A stretch of DNA of 64,000 nt from Eledone cirrhosa (GCA_964016885.1 OZ024762.1:13082001-13146000); one strand, 5' to 3'; counted from the first letter of the stretch, positions 44,286 to 58,785 are shown. Program-made: numbers and translations. Notes: generated by a model from the sequence alone, not told the origin.

Positions 44286-44605
44286 TGTTTAATATAGAAA
44301 TGGCTTCTTCACTTCTAGTCCAGTAGAAGCCATTTCTATTTTAAACATGATATTTACACTCTACGAATGTATTGAGTACCTTACCTACTGAGGTTACTCT
44401 CCATTGAACCCGGAACGCTCAGACATTTATATATATTCGTCTGTGGTTGAGGGCTGAGTTGAAAGAGTACTCAATGCTGAAGTAGAGTGTTAATATTCAT
44501 TTTATTACGGCTAAATATTGAGTCTTGTTACTGTGAAGTTTCGCCTGTTTATCACAGGTTCATCACTCCAGAGTAACAAGACTCATTATTTAGCGTTAAT
44601 AAAAT
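44286..44605. other. Three abutting long hairpins (structured-RNA or fold-back cassette)
   Basis: Arms 44286-44308/44325-44347 (22/23 paired), 44350-44379/44467-44496, and 44499-44532/44572-44605 (31/34 paired). Confidence 0.8.
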
Positions 44606-44614
44606 AAATATATA

Positions 44615-45120
44615 TAAAGCCACACTCCACTTCGAGTATAGCCTTGAGTTTATATATACGAACACTTCCTCCACTCCACTTCCCGGACTCCACAAGCTAC
44701 AGTCCACTCCGAGTATGACCTTGTGTTTATATATACGAACACTTCCTCCACTCCACTTCCCGGACTCCACAAGCTACAGTCCACTCCGAGTATGACCTTG
44801 TGTTTATATATACTAACACTTCCTCTACTCCACTTCTCTGACTCCAGAAGCCACACTCCACTCCGAGTATAACCTTCTGCCAATATATACTAACATTTCC
44901 CTCTCTCAACTAGGTCCACTCAACAAGGCACACTCCACTCCGAGTATGACCTTGTGTTTATATATACTAACACCTCCCTCACTCAACTAGCTCCACTCCG
45001 AGTATGACTGTGTCTATATCTACTAAAAACGTCCTCCACCCTACTCAACTAGCTACACTCTACTCTACAAGCCACACTCTACTCCACTAGCCACATTCCA
45101 CTCCGAGGATAACCTATGTT
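44615..45120. repeat. ~77-bp degenerate minisatellite (ccactccgagtatgaccttgtgtttatatatac...) x ~6-7
   Basis: ccactccgagtat-type motif recurs; the first units are nearly identical. Confidence 0.85.
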
Positions 45121-45898
45121 AGATATTAATTAAATATATTTTAATTACATATTGAGACTCATTATCTGCTTACTGACCATAGTATCGATTATTATTGATG
45201 ACACAGAAATTATATTGATTTTTTTATAGGATGTTGTTGTTGTTGTTTTGGTGGTGGTAAAGGTGGTAGTGGTAGTATTGTGGCGGTGGTGAAGGTGGAG
45301 GTAATGGTGGGGTTGGTGGTGGTGGTGGTGTTGGTAACGGTGTTAGTGGTGGAGGTGTTGGTGGTGGTGGTAGTATTGTGGCGGTGGTGAAGGTGGAGGT
45401 AATGGTGGTGTTGGTGGTGGTGGTGGTGTTGGTAACGGTGTTAGTGGTGGAGGTGTTGGTGGTGGTGGTAGTATTGTGGCGGAGTCGAAGGTGTTATTGG
45501 TGGAGATAATGGTGGTGGTGGTGTTAGAGGGGTTGGTGGTGGTGAGAGGTATTAATGGTGGTGATGGCGGTGTTCTTGGTAGTGGTGGCGTCGGCGGTAG
45601 GTGGTGGTGGTTGGGGTGGGGGAAGGTCTGTAATCAACAAAGACTTATTTCATAATTACTAATATTTATCAATATATACATTTTGGGTATCTTTTTATTT
45701 TCGGAGGTGATGGTCGGGGTTGGGCGGCGGCGAGATGGTGGCGGTGGTGGTACGGGGGTGGTAGCGGCGGCAGTTCAATAAAAAGGAAGTGGTTGTCATA
45801 TTGCGGCGGCGTGTCGATTTAAAGGCAGTTGAATGGGTTGTAGGATTAAATGTGATTGGCCAATACTTATTAATTACGTGTGTATATATATATAATCA

Positions 45899-46030
45899 AT
45901 GATATTAAATAAATGGAAACTATATTTATAAAACCATATTTATTCTATTATATACATTTCAAGGGTACCAAAAACTTTGGTACGCCTTCATCAGATACAA
46001 TACAAAGTGTGTTTTATATATATTGACATA
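45899..46030 (-). mobile_element. Short non-autonomous Penelope-like fragment carrying a hammerhead (core 45941-46002); paralog of 16383-16525
   Basis: Minus strand: tattgtat-CTGATGA-aggcgtaccaaa-gtt-tttggtaccctt-GAA-ATGTATAT-A-atagaata. Confidence 0.75.
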
Positions 46031-46183
46031 GCCAAGGAAACATGCCTTATCAGCTGAATTTTCCTTGGGTAGAATATTTATTTAATATCATTGAATATTT
46101 ACTCCAGAAGCCTGTCGGGTGCTCTGAATCAGTTATAAACATTTATATTTGTTGAATTTCCAACAAATTAAATATCCCTTCTA

Positions 46184-46256
<73 letters not shown>

Positions 46257-46590
46257 CTTATATATATCTATATATCTGATTTAATATATATATATATATA
46301 TATATATAATTGAAATTACCCCTATAAAAAACATCTATCTACCTACCTACCTACCTACCTACCTACCTACCTACCTACCTACCTACCTATCTACCTACCT
46401 ATCTATCTCTCTATCTACCTATCTATCTATCTATCTATCTATTTGTCTATGTCTATCGAATACCAACTGAGACACACGTAAATCTTATACTAAGATACAC
46501 ACCCACCCACCCACACACACACACATACACAGTAACACACAGACACACACACACAGTAACACACCCACACACATACACAGTAACACACAG

Positions 46591-46623
<33 letters not shown>

Positions 46624-46850
46624 CTCGTTCACTGTGACACATTGCTATATAGTGTAGAAGTGATTATATCGAACAAGGTTATATTTTGTTATCGATCCGT
46701 TGAAAAGATAAGATACAAAGTTCATATTGTTGTTATTGTTGTTGTTGTTGTTGTTGTTGTTGTTCTTAGCTCTGTTATTGTTGTTCTTGTTGCTGTCGAT
46801 GTTGTTATTGTTTTCGTTCATGTTGTTGTTGTTGTAGTTTTTATATTAAA

Positions 46851-46922
46851 CCTAGAGTGTAAAGGGACGTAACTACATATCGCAAAGAATGCTGTCCGGC
46901 GCTCTACCGATTCTGCCAATCC
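46851..46922 (-). mobile_element. SINE family A head fragment
   Basis: gtaaagggacgtaactac...gtccggcgctctaccgattctgccaatcc. Confidence 0.75.
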
Positions 46923-46940
46923 CATGACGAGTTTAGTGAT

Positions 46941-47115
46941 AATTGTTTCTATATTTGGCACAAGGCCAGCAATTACACCTCAGTGCATTACTGGTACTTT
47001 ATTGTATCGACCTTTCGAGGATGAAAGGCAAAGTTAACCTCGGCGGAATTTGAACTCAGAACGTAAAGGGGCGTAACTCTAACGGTGTCCGACGCTCTAC
47101 CGAGTCTGCCAATCC
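46941..47115 (-). mobile_element. SINE family A
   Basis: ggcacaaggccagcaatt...ggatgaaaggcaaagttaacctcggcggaatttgaactcagaacgtaaag...ctgccaatcc. Confidence 0.9.
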
Positions 47116-47346
47116 AAAGGGAATATTAAACCAATATTTGTATTAAAGAATCAAATCGATATTAAAACCAACTCAGTTCTAGAAATAAGTCAAGAAATTG
47201 ACCAATAAGATCCAGACCTCATTCGATTACGGTGTGGGGGAGGGGGGAGGGAAGCTCGTGAAATTGGACCAAGGAAACAATGTTTCCATTGGTGTCTCCA
47301 TTATTGATATTATCTCCCGGTCACAACGCCTGGCAGAAGGAGCAAC

Positions 47347-47448
47347 GTGTCGTCTTGTTCAATGTTCAATGACACAATGTATCGCACAGTCCGGGAGTCG
47401 AACTCACAACCTTACAACTCCGAGTTCAATTGTTTAACCACTTAGCTA
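47347..47448 (-). mobile_element. tRNA-derived SINE head with a CORE-like segment
   Basis: The reverse complement has an A box (agctaagtggttaa), a B box (gagttcgactccc) and a tgtgtcattgaac...caagac segment. Confidence 0.6.
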
Positions 47449-48332
47449 TCGACTAAGATAATAAATATACATATACTAGTCACGGCAGTCATCAGCTACA
47501 GTTTCATTATAATACATTGGAAGTTATGATTATATAGAAATGAAAAAAGAGAAAGAAAATTAGAAAAGAGTACTAATGAAGAGTGAAACTAATATTAAAA
47601 TCCCAACTTCATTGGAAGATAAGTTTAGACTAGATAGAAAAAAACAAAACAACCCAAAATCTACTTAATGCATTCCGACCCATAACCATAAAGCCGAAAT
47701 AGATAGAATATTCATATATAAAGGAAATTCTTTGATTCGTACAGAGAAGTATTATAATACGGTAAAGACAATTGCTTTAGAAAAACGAAAAACGAAAGAA
47801 AAAATATATATTTCGATGGAAGCAGATGAACACTGATTGATTAGTTTAATAAGGGGACGTGAAGAAAACCCCCTAAAAAAACTTTCCTTTATATATAAGG
47901 AAACAATGAAGGACAAAATAGAAGATGATTACATTGAATAGAAATGTTTAGATGAGGACAAAACAAGAGAAAAGGTAGAAGAAAAATACAACGAAAGACA
48001 TAATAATAAGATAGAAAAAATGGCGAGATGGCGAGAAAACCTTCTCCCTGGTTAATATCCTGTGAGACTTGAGAGAGAAAGGGAGAGAGGGAGAGGGACA
48101 GGGGGGAGAGGAAGAGATGGGGGAGGGAGAGAGGGAGAGAGGGAGAGAGGGAGGAGTAGAGAGAGAGAGAAAGAAAGAAAGAGAGAGTGAGTAAGAAAGG
48201 AAGAGAGAGAGAGCAAGAGAAACAGAGAGTGAGAGATGAGAGGAAGAGAGAGAGAGTGAGAAAGAGAGAGCAAGAGAGAGAGAGGAAGGACGAGAGGGAC
48301 AAAGAGACAGACAGAAACAGACAGGCAGAGAT

Positions 48333-48365
<33 letters not shown>

Positions 48366-48487
48366 AAGTGAAAGGAAGAGATAGAATGAGAGTGAGAAAG
48401 TGAAAGAGGAGAGAGAGGAAGAAAGAGGGAGAGAGAGAGAGGGGAAGAGATAAAGAGAGCGAGAGGAAGAGAGAGAGATAAAGAGAG

Positions 48488-48538
<51 letters not shown>

Positions 48539-49029
48539 GTAGGCCAATATGAAATCTAACAAAGACTACAAAGTTCTTCACGAAAGAAAGAAAAGGTTTG
48601 ATTGTTTTAAATTGTAAAGACCAAGGCCTAGCCACAAATAACCACAACAAACAATCAAATAAATGTCTAGCATTAACTAGACATTATATAATCAGCAGAG
48701 AAGAAAAGGCAAAAGAAAACGTCAACAAAAACCCCCGAAAACCCGAAACAATTGGTCAAATTGTTTTTGTCTTTTTAGTCTTTGTAACGAGAGAGAATAA
48801 TAGCAGAGATATAACCAAGTTGATAACTATGTCCAGTGGGTATTATACATATACTCTGTCATAAAGAAACATTGACGTAAGCATACACTGGAAGTTGTGA
48901 GAGACAATGGCGCTGTTACTATAGTCTAAAAGACGGTTGTTCAGAGTGTCAAAATGATCAAAATAAACCTTACAACTGTCATAAATTTTAAGTCAAGGAG
49001 AAGAATAGATATGTATTTATTTTGACAGA

Positions 49030-49489
49030 TAACTTCGTTCTATTAGATAGAGTGTGTAGCTCGGAGATCAGAGAGTCACTCCAGGTAGAGCCGCTATTTC
49101 TCCGAATTGAGAGATCACAGTTCTGGTGTTATGGACATGTGGTTAGAATGTCTCTGCAAAGAGTCGCTGGACAGATTTATAGCTTGGAGATCGGAGAGTT
49201 ACTCCGAGTAGAGCCGCTATTTCTCCGAATTGAGAGATCACAGTTCTGATGTTATGGACATGTGGTTAGAATGTCTCTGCAAAGAGTCGCTGGACAGATT
49301 TATAGCTTGGAGATCGGAGAGTTACTCCGAGTAGAGCCACTACTTCTCCGAATTGAGAGATCACAGTTCTGGTGTTATGGACATGTGGTTAGAATGTCTC
49401 TGCAAAGAGTCGCTGGACAGATTTATAGCTTGGAGATCGGAGAGTTACTCCGAGTAGAGCCACTACTTCTCCGAATTGAGAGATAACAG
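49030..49489 (+). mobile_element. RTE-clade LINE ORF fragment tandemly amplified as a 123-bp unit x ~3.5
   Basis: Translates as LLDRVCSSEIRESLQVEPLFLRIERSQFWCYGHVVRM, like the RTE/Rex3-type post-RT region. Units start at 49057, 49180, 49303 and 49426; there is a stop in copy 2. Confidence 0.85.
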
Positions 49490-49767
49490 CTATGTTACTA
49501 AAGACATAGGTTTAGATTGTCTCCGGAGACCAGAGAGTCGCTCAAGCTAGAGCCACACACGCACATATGTAAATATGGATTTGTAACTCTTAATTGAGTT
49601 GTAGGGGTGTCGTCGGCATATATAGCGTATATGGGGTGTTTAAACCTGGCGGAGTTCATCCTCACTATAAGTGGGGAAGGACAGCGGGTTTTTTTCCAGA
49701 GAGAGAGAGATCCAAAACCAACTCTGAACTGGTACATACATACATGTACACACACACACACACACAT

Positions 49768-49951
49768 TATTGGCAGTATCGGTAGAGGGTCGGACGCCAT
49801 GCTTTGACGCATAGAGTTACGACACTTGCCATTCTGAGTTCAAATCCCGCCGAGGTTAACTTTGCCTTTCATCCTTACGGGGGTCGATAAAATATAGTAC
49901 CAGTAATGTACTGGGTAATTGCTGGCCTTGTGCCAATAGTAGAAACAATTA
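49768..49951 (+). mobile_element. SINE family A, internal-deletion subfamily
   Basis: ttggcagtatcggtagagggtcggacgcc...gagttcaaatcccgccgagg (B box)...cctttcatccttacgggggtcgataaaatatagtaccag...gctggccttgtgcc. Confidence 0.9.
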
Positions 49952-50371
49952 TATATATATATATGCATCACTAATACAACCACCACCACCACCACCACGA
50001 ACACCACCACCAGCACTACCACCACCAACACCACTACTACCACCACCACCACCACTACTATCACCACCACCACCACTAAACCCCCTCTCCCAACAACAAC
50101 AACAAGCACAACAATATTTCTCTCTTCCCCCCAAAATGGCAACAAAACTGTACCCGTCAGCTAATGACAAGTAACCGCCACATCAAACCTCTCCAGACGA
50201 CAACAGCGTTCCTTTGAAAAGATCTTTTATATAACAAACGTTGATCTTGTGTTAACGTCTGCTCAGTATTGTGACTTGCGGGTTGGTCGGTTGGTCGGTC
50301 TAACGTCTGCCATGTTTATAGACGGATATATAGACAAGTAGGGAAAAGGAAGAGGTGTGTGTGTGTGTGTA

Positions 50372-50470
<99 letters not shown>

Positions 50471-50492
50471 CTGTTGTGTATATTTATGTAAA

Positions 50493-50524
<32 letters not shown>

Positions 50525-50626
50525 CACACACAGGAGTTTACATAGAAAAGGCTTCTACAAGACTAGTACTGTTTCGGGACCAACTTCTATATATATATAT
50601 ATATATATATATACATACATAGGTGT

Positions 50627-50830
50627 TGACCGACGCTCTACCGATTATTGCCAGTCCACTAACCTAATAATGGTTTCTGATTTAGAAACAAGGCCAACAA
50701 TTCTTGGGAAGGGAAAAGCAGACGATTAAATCGACCCCAGTACATTACTGCTACTTTATTCTATCGACCCCGTAAGGACGAAAGGTAAAGCTAATCTCGG
50801 CGGGATTCGAACTCAGAACGTAAAGAGCTG
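50627..50830 (-). mobile_element. SINE family A (head fragment followed by a 5'-truncated copy)
   Basis: cgacgctctaccgattattgcca, then acaaggccaacaatt...tcgaccccagtacattactg...ggattcgaactcagaacgtaaag. Confidence 0.85.
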
Positions 50831-51207
50831 TATGAAAGAGGGAAGTATTTTCTTCAGCGGTCTAACCCATCTGTAAATGTACAACTACAACAGCAACAAC
50901 AACAGCGAAATAATAATGAGTATGAGTATGATGATGATGAGAATGGTGATAATGATGATGATGGTAGTGGTGATGATGATGATGGTGATGATGGTAGTGG
51001 TGATGGTGATGATGGTGATGATGATGAGCATGATGATGGTGGTGGTGATGAGAAAAAGAAGAAAAGCAGGGACGAAGGTGACAAAAAACATCGACAACAA
51101 AGAAAATGTGAGTAATTTCACAGCGGGATGTGATGTTCTGGGTTTTTTTGTACCCGTAATATAATGAACACCGATTAGAGAATGGAAGAAAAAAATATCT
51201 CGTAAGA

Positions 51208-51254
<47 letters not shown>

Positions 51255-51257
51255 CAC

Positions 51258-51288
<31 letters not shown>

Positions 51289-51419
51289 CGTATATATATA
51301 TATATACACACACAAACACCCTAACCACACACAAATGATAAATTGTTACGGACGAAAAAATGGACATCTGCAGGAAATGTAAAAAAGTTTATATCAAAAG
51401 GTATTAAAAAATACTGATG

Positions 51420-51473
<54 letters not shown>

Positions 51474-51492
51474 CACGTGAGAGGCCGAGTAT

Positions 51493-51571
<79 letters not shown>

Positions 51572-51855
51572 AAAACCCTTATGATATATAGAGAAGAAAC
51601 AATACAAGTCTGCATCTGTACAGAAGAGGGAGGGAGGTAGAGGATAGGGAGAGAGGAAGAGGGTGAATGAGGAAGTAGGGGAGGGTGAAGGAAGATGAGG
51701 CAGAAGGAAGAGGAAGGAGAGGGTAGTGGAAGGGGGAGAGGGTAGAAGGGGGGGAAAGAGGAGTTTATGTCAGATCTAATTCCTCATTTAGATGTAACTT
51801 TTGCTGAATAAAATAATCAACGGTTATCAGGGAAGATAAAGAAAAAATATAACAA

Positions 51856-51997
<142 letters not shown>

Positions 51998-52273
51998 ATA
52001 TATGTATATAATATAAAATATATTATATATAATGAAAGGATTGCTAGAAAAGGCCCCATTGGAAAATGTCATTAGAATAATGAAGTCCTCACAAGAGGTC
52101 ACTTTCTTGTAATGTGTGTGTGTGTGTGTGTGTGTGTGTATACTTGTGTGTGAGTGTGTATGATGGTGTGTGTGTGTGTGTGTGTAAGTGTGAGTCAGAG
52201 TATATGTGTGTTAGTGTGTGAATACGTGTGTGTATCTGTTTGCAGGTGAGTGTGTGTGCGTGTGTGTGTGAGA

Positions 52274-52473
52274 NNNNNNNNNNNNNNNNNNNNNNNNNNN
52301 NNNNNNNNNNNNNNNNNNNNNNNNNNNNNNNNNNNNNNNNNNNNNNNNNNNNNNNNNNNNNNNNNNNNNNNNNNNNNNNNNNNNNNNNNNNNNNNNNNNN
52401 NNNNNNNNNNNNNNNNNNNNNNNNNNNNNNNNNNNNNNNNNNNNNNNNNNNNNNNNNNNNNNNNNNNNNNNNN
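52274..52473. other. Assembly gap (200 N)
   Basis: Run of n characters. Confidence 1.
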
Positions 52474-52477
52474 TCTC

Positions 52478-52618
52478 ACCCCCCAGTGGTACTTTATTTA
52501 TCGATCTCGGAATTATGAAAGACAAACTACACTACAGTTTGAACTCACACTAGTGAGGCTCAGAACGAACATTGCAGAACATTCTCTCCGCCATTTTAAT
52601 GACACTGCCAATTCACCA
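52478..52618 (-). mobile_element. Degenerate SINE family A
   Basis: tggtactttatttatcgatctcggaattatgaaagacaaa...tttgaactcac...ctgccaattcacc. Confidence 0.7.
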
Positions 52619-52706
52619 TATATATATTATATATATATATATGTGTATGTGTGTGTTTATGTGTGTATTTATGTGTGTGTATCAAACTAGAGTGTTTGTA
52701 ATGTGT

Positions 52707-52746
<40 letters not shown>

Positions 52747-53086
52747 GCGTCATTTCTAAATTTATGAGGGTCTGTCTCTATGTCAGGTCTATTCCATGTC
52801 AAATGCCACACACACACACACACACACATTCACTCACACGAGATTATGTCCATTTAAAGGATATCTTTATTGACACGAAATCCTAACAAGAGAATCGAAT
52901 CCATTTTGTCACACACGCACTCACAAACATACATATATATATACACACACACACATATATATATATACATATAAACACTAACACATACACATATATACAC
53001 ATACACATAAATACACACATATATATATATACACACAAACACATCCATATATATGTATACATATACACAGACACACACATACATGT

Positions 53087-53127
<41 letters not shown>

Positions 53128-53703
53128 CATACATACATACACACATATATATATATATATTATCTGAGTATATACCCTATTTCCTACACACCACCACCCC
53201 TAATCCTTTGACCCCACACTGCACCCCACCACCCCACCCACACCACACCACACCACTCCACCAACTCTACTACTCACAACTTTCTATATTACATGTCATA
53301 AAATATCACAACATTTTCTAGTTGGCCACAAAAATCTTTATCGTCTGCTTTCATAGAGTTGGCGGCCATTTTACTTTGTTTCGTACAAATGGCGATTGTT
53401 GAAATGCCTAATGTTATTCCTATTGTATGGAATTGATGGGCGGGAGATATCTTTTCCTTCCAATGGAGTTACTTCTCGTGGAATTTCTCAGATTAGGAGA
53501 TGGAATTCGATAGACAAACGAAGAGCGAAGAGAGAGAGAGAGAGAGAGAAATATATATATAGAGAGAGGCAGGGAGAGAGAGAGAGAGCGGGGGATGGAG
53601 AGAGATAGATAGAGAGAGAGATGCGACAGAGTTAGAGGGGGAATTTAAAGGATAAAAGAGAGGGGGGGGGGCAGAAAGACAGAATAGAAAGGATAAATGA
53701 GAG

Positions 53704-53750
<47 letters not shown>

Positions 53751-53806
53751 GAGATGTTAAAAAATACTTTGGCAGGTGATGGTACCAAGGTGAAGGGATA
53801 GAGTTG

Positions 53807-53864
<58 letters not shown>

Positions 53865-55864
53865 GAAGAAGAAGAAAACAAAGAAGAAGAAAGAGAAGAT
53901 AATGTTGAAGATGATGATGATAATGAGGGTGATAATAATGATAGTGGTGGTGGTGGAGTAGTGGTGGTGGTGGTGGTGGCGGTAGTGGTGTTTGGGTGGC
54001 GGCGTTGTTGGAGTGGTGGTGATGGTGGGGGTGGTAGTGACGGTGGTGGCGAGGTGGTGGTGGTGTTTGGGTGGTTTGATGTTGATAATGGGTGGACCTC
54101 AAATATTGTGATTGTGGTGATAGTGGTTAGGGTGGTGGTGGGGGTGAGGGTGGTGGTGGTGAGTGTGAGGGTACTGGCTGTGGTGGCGGTCGCAAGCGTG
54201 GTGATGGTCGTGATGGTGAAGGGAGTGGTGGTGGTGGTGGTGGCCCTAGTGGTGATGGCTATGGTGGCGGTGGCGGTGATGGTCGCGGTGATGGTCGTGG
54301 TGCTGATGATAGTGATGATGAAGGGTGGCGGTGGTGATGTTAGCCGTGATGATGATGGCCTTGGTGGTGGTGGTGGCGATGAAGGGTGATGGATGTAGTG
54401 GTGGTGGTGGTGGTGGCGATGAAGGGTGATGGTGTAGGTGGTGATGTTAGGTGGGGTGGTGGTGATTGCTGGTGGTTTTTGAATGGAGAGATTTAAGAAT
54501 AGTGGTGGTGGTTCTCCGATGTAATGTCGAAGATTTAACCACCACGCCACTACCGCCAACACCACCACACCACACCAACACTATCACCACCATCACCACC
54601 ACCCTGCTACAGACACCTCCACACTACCGCCAACACCACCACACTACACCAACATTATCACCACCACCACCACCACCATACTGCTACTACCGATACCACC
54701 ACCACCACCACCACCCTGCTGCTACCACCACCACCACCCTGCTACCGCCCCCACCACACCACCACCACCACCCTGCTACCGGCTTCACCACCACCACCAC
54801 CACTAATACAATGCCACCAAACCATCGCCAGGGGATCACCCATCTACCCTAGCATACACCGCTACCATTAAAACACCACCAACACTACCAACATGCAGCG
54901 CATCCACCCCACCATCCTCCCCCCTTCACGACATGCTCTCTCTCTCTCTCTCTTCCCAACCTTCTTTCCCTCACTATCTATCTCTCCCTTCTCTCTCTCT
55001 CTCTCTCTCTCTCGATGTTACAAGTCAATATTTGTACAAATGAAATGAACAAACGCCATCTTGTCAAATCTTGTTAAAACAGATTAGTGAGTTGGCCCGG
55101 ATTAAAATTCGACCTGCCTCGCCGCCGCCGCCGCCGCCACCACCACCACCACCACAATACCATCACACCCTTTCTACACCCTCTCTCTCTCATACTTCCA
55201 AATGCCACACCCTCTTCTATCCCCACTCCCACCACCACCTCCACCACTGTCATTACACCACATATATAACAATCCCATTTCAGTAACACCATCCCCTCCC
55301 CCAGCCCTACCACCAACACCACCACCACCACCACCACCACTAGCCCTACCACCACCACCACTACCAGCCCTACCATCACCACCACCACCACTACCAGCCC
55401 TACCATCACCACCACCACCACTACCAGCCCTACCATCACTACCATCCCCAAACATAGCCTCTACAAACACCACCACCACCAGGACCATCACCCCAACCAT
55501 CATCGCCACCACCACACCTCCACGACCACCACCATCTGCAATCCGAGGCACCACACCATCACCACCCCTACTATCATCGCCACCACCACACCATCATCGC
55601 CACCACCACCACCATCTGCAATCCGAGGCACCACCCCATCACCACCCCTATCATCATCAAACACAGTCTCTACCACCACCACCACCACTCCCTCTCCTCA
55701 TCACCACACCACCATTTCACTGCATCGCAATCCTACCCCCCCCCCCACCACCATGTGTTATCCCCCTCTCCTCTCCCCACTCCCTCTTCACCACCTGCAT
55801 TTATCGTCTGCCCAAAGTCGTTTCTTTTTTTTTTTATTTCTCCTCATATTGTTCTATCTATCTA

Positions 55865-55908
<44 letters not shown>

Positions 55909-55971
55909 TCTCCCTCTCTCTCTTCTCTCTCTCTCTCTCTCTCTCTCTACATATTTATCTCTCTCGTTTTC

Positions 55972-56140
55972 CATCATGCTGAATCTCCCTGAGAATCACA
56001 TTAAGGGTATACATGTCTATGGAATACTCAGCCACTCTATCATACAAGACATGATATACCTGTAATTCAAAGGGTCCAGCTATGTCACACACTGTCGTGC
56101 TGGATCTCCCTGAGAATTACAATATAGATACACGTGTGTC
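55972..56140 (-). mobile_element. Interspersed repeat in tandem-dimer form; reverse paralog of 28318-28505
   Basis: gctgaatctccctgagaat...ggaatactcagccac and tacctgtaattcaaagggtccagc...tctccctgagaattac. Confidence 0.7.
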
Positions 56141-56890
56141 AGTGGAAAACAGTCACACGTTAAAAGGAACAGTAAGTTGTTTCGTGGAACAAACTGGGAC
56201 ATTCATCGTCGTCATCGACGAAGGTCCTTTATATTATAACTGTCTTGTCTCCACACACACACACACATATACTCTCTCTCTCACACACACATTATATATA
56301 TATACACACACACACACATATATACTCTCTCTCACACACACACACATATATATACACACACACACACACATATACTCTCTCTCTCACACACACACATATA
56401 TATATACACACACACACACTCTCTCTCTCTCACACACATCTCCGTCATCAGACCAATCAATCATTTGAGTACATCACTATTATTATTATTATTACTCTCC
56501 AAGATGGCTGACACCCCCCCCTCAATCAGCCATATTGCAATGTTCCTTAATCCCCCCCCCCCCTATCTTCCCCGACAACATCCCCCTTCACAGCCGTCTT
56601 CTATTTTCTTTCCCCGCCATCATAGACACTCACACACACATATATATATGCAAATATTATATACATATATATATACATATACACACAGATATATATGCAT
56701 ATGTATATACATATACATACATACATACATATATATATATATATACATATATGTATATGTATATACACATACATACATATATATATATATATATACATAT
56801 ATACATATATATGTATATACACGTACATACATACATACATATATATATACATATGTATATATATATATATGTATGTATATACATATACAT

Positions 56891-56921
<31 letters not shown>

Positions 56922-57372
56922 AACACACACACATACACACATCTATCTATTTATCTATCTATCTATATATATATATAAACACATATAAATATACACATAC
57001 ATATATATTATATTATATTTAACGATATTACATTCTTCATCTCTCGTCTCCATTTTGTTTTCCTCTTCTTCATTTTCATGCGCCATTTTTTCTTTCTCTT
57101 TTTCATTCCTTTTCTTCTTTTTTCCTCTTCTTAAGCCATCCAACCAAGCCATCCAACCATCTAAACCATCCAACCATCCACTGCAAATCATTTCATTACA
57201 TTACGTTTCGTTGCCGCATTCTGATTTTTGCAAGAATTAGAATTCTTTCATTCTATATCGTTTGCGTCAATCATTTCTTTCTCTCTACTCTAAACCACTG
57301 CATATGTTTCTCGGTTGCTTTCGTTTGTGTCGTTTTCTTTGTTTCTGGCGGTGTTTGTTTATGTATGTGTAT

Positions 57373-57413
<41 letters not shown>

Positions 57414-57641
57414 TGTGTGAAAGAGAGGGAATTCGTGTGTGTGTGTGAAAGAGAGAGAGAGAGAGAGAGTTCGTGCATGTGTGTGTGTATGTATGTGTGT
57501 GTGTGTGAGTTTCTTTGTCCTTTTTCCTTTCTTTTTTAAATTGTTATCCTTCCTCTTCAGTCTTCATGTGTCTACCACTTTCCCAAGCTCTTTCTCCACC
57601 TATTCCCAATGACATGTGCATATCAAAACAAAGTGAAACAC

Positions 57642-57730
<89 letters not shown>

Positions 57731-58078
57731 ATAGAAAGATAGATAGATAAACAGATATATAGCTAGATAGATCCCCCCCCCCCCCCACCAACATGAGAAA
57801 AACGAAACTAACTCTATAACAAAGGGTGTAACAAACAATACATAAAGTTATTGTAGTATTGCAGTCAGGGGGAGAGGTATTTCTTTATCGAAGATGTTTT
57901 ATTTGAAGAAATACGAGAACCGATTTCTTCAATCATAGCCCACACCCTATCCCTACTACAAATAAATACTCACTAACTGGAAGATTCCATCCATGCCAGG
58001 ATAAAAACAAAAGAAAAACAAAGCAATTTTACCAAAAAATTTCTCTCTCAATAGGATTAGAGCTCTGATGGATTGATA

Positions 58079-58119
<41 letters not shown>

Positions 58120-58254
58120 TAAATTCCAATATTAGATATATATATATGTATGATTAAAATATATATACTGCAATAAAAAAAAATTGGATAAACAAATCCG
58201 CCGCGTTGCATGAAAGCAGATGCACAGAACATTTAAATAATACTGGGTAGATAA

Positions 58255-58694
58255 CCAAGACGAAGGAATTTAAGACATTTTATTTATTTTAAATACCTTA
58301 ATATAAGAAAGAGACGAAAGAAAAAAGGAAATAGTGAGAAACTCACCGAAGCTCCATTATTAATCTGTAGATATGTGTTTATAAATTATAATCTAAGTAT
58401 TGACTCAGGGAATTTATCATTAAGCCTTAATTTCACTTAATCTTGTTTCTTCAGAGACTTCATAAAATATACAAAAATATATGAAAATATATGAAAATAT
58501 ATGAAAATATATGAAAATAATCAATTTAAATGAAAGCTCCAAATATCACTACAATTTCAGACTCGAATATACAGATGTAACCCTCTATATTAATACTGGA
58601 GCTTCAGTGAGTTTTCAACATTTCCTTGTTTTTTCGGTACTACCTTATTGAAACATGTGTTAGACAAATTAAAATCTCTTAAATTTCTTCTTGG
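58255..58694. mobile_element. Degenerate ~440-bp fold-back/MITE-like element
   Basis: ggaaatagtgagaaactcaccgaagctccattattaat (58327-58364) pairs with attaatactggagcttcagtgagttttcaacatttcc (58589-58625); outer arms are ccaagacgaaggaatttaaga/tcttaaatttcttcttgg. Confidence 0.7.
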
Positions 58695-58699
58695 CTCAC

Positions 58700-58785
<86 letters not shown>

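Noticed and set aside
49768-49860. tRNA gene (A/B boxes)
   Set aside because: It does not form a cloverleaf and continues into the SINE body, so it is a SINE head.
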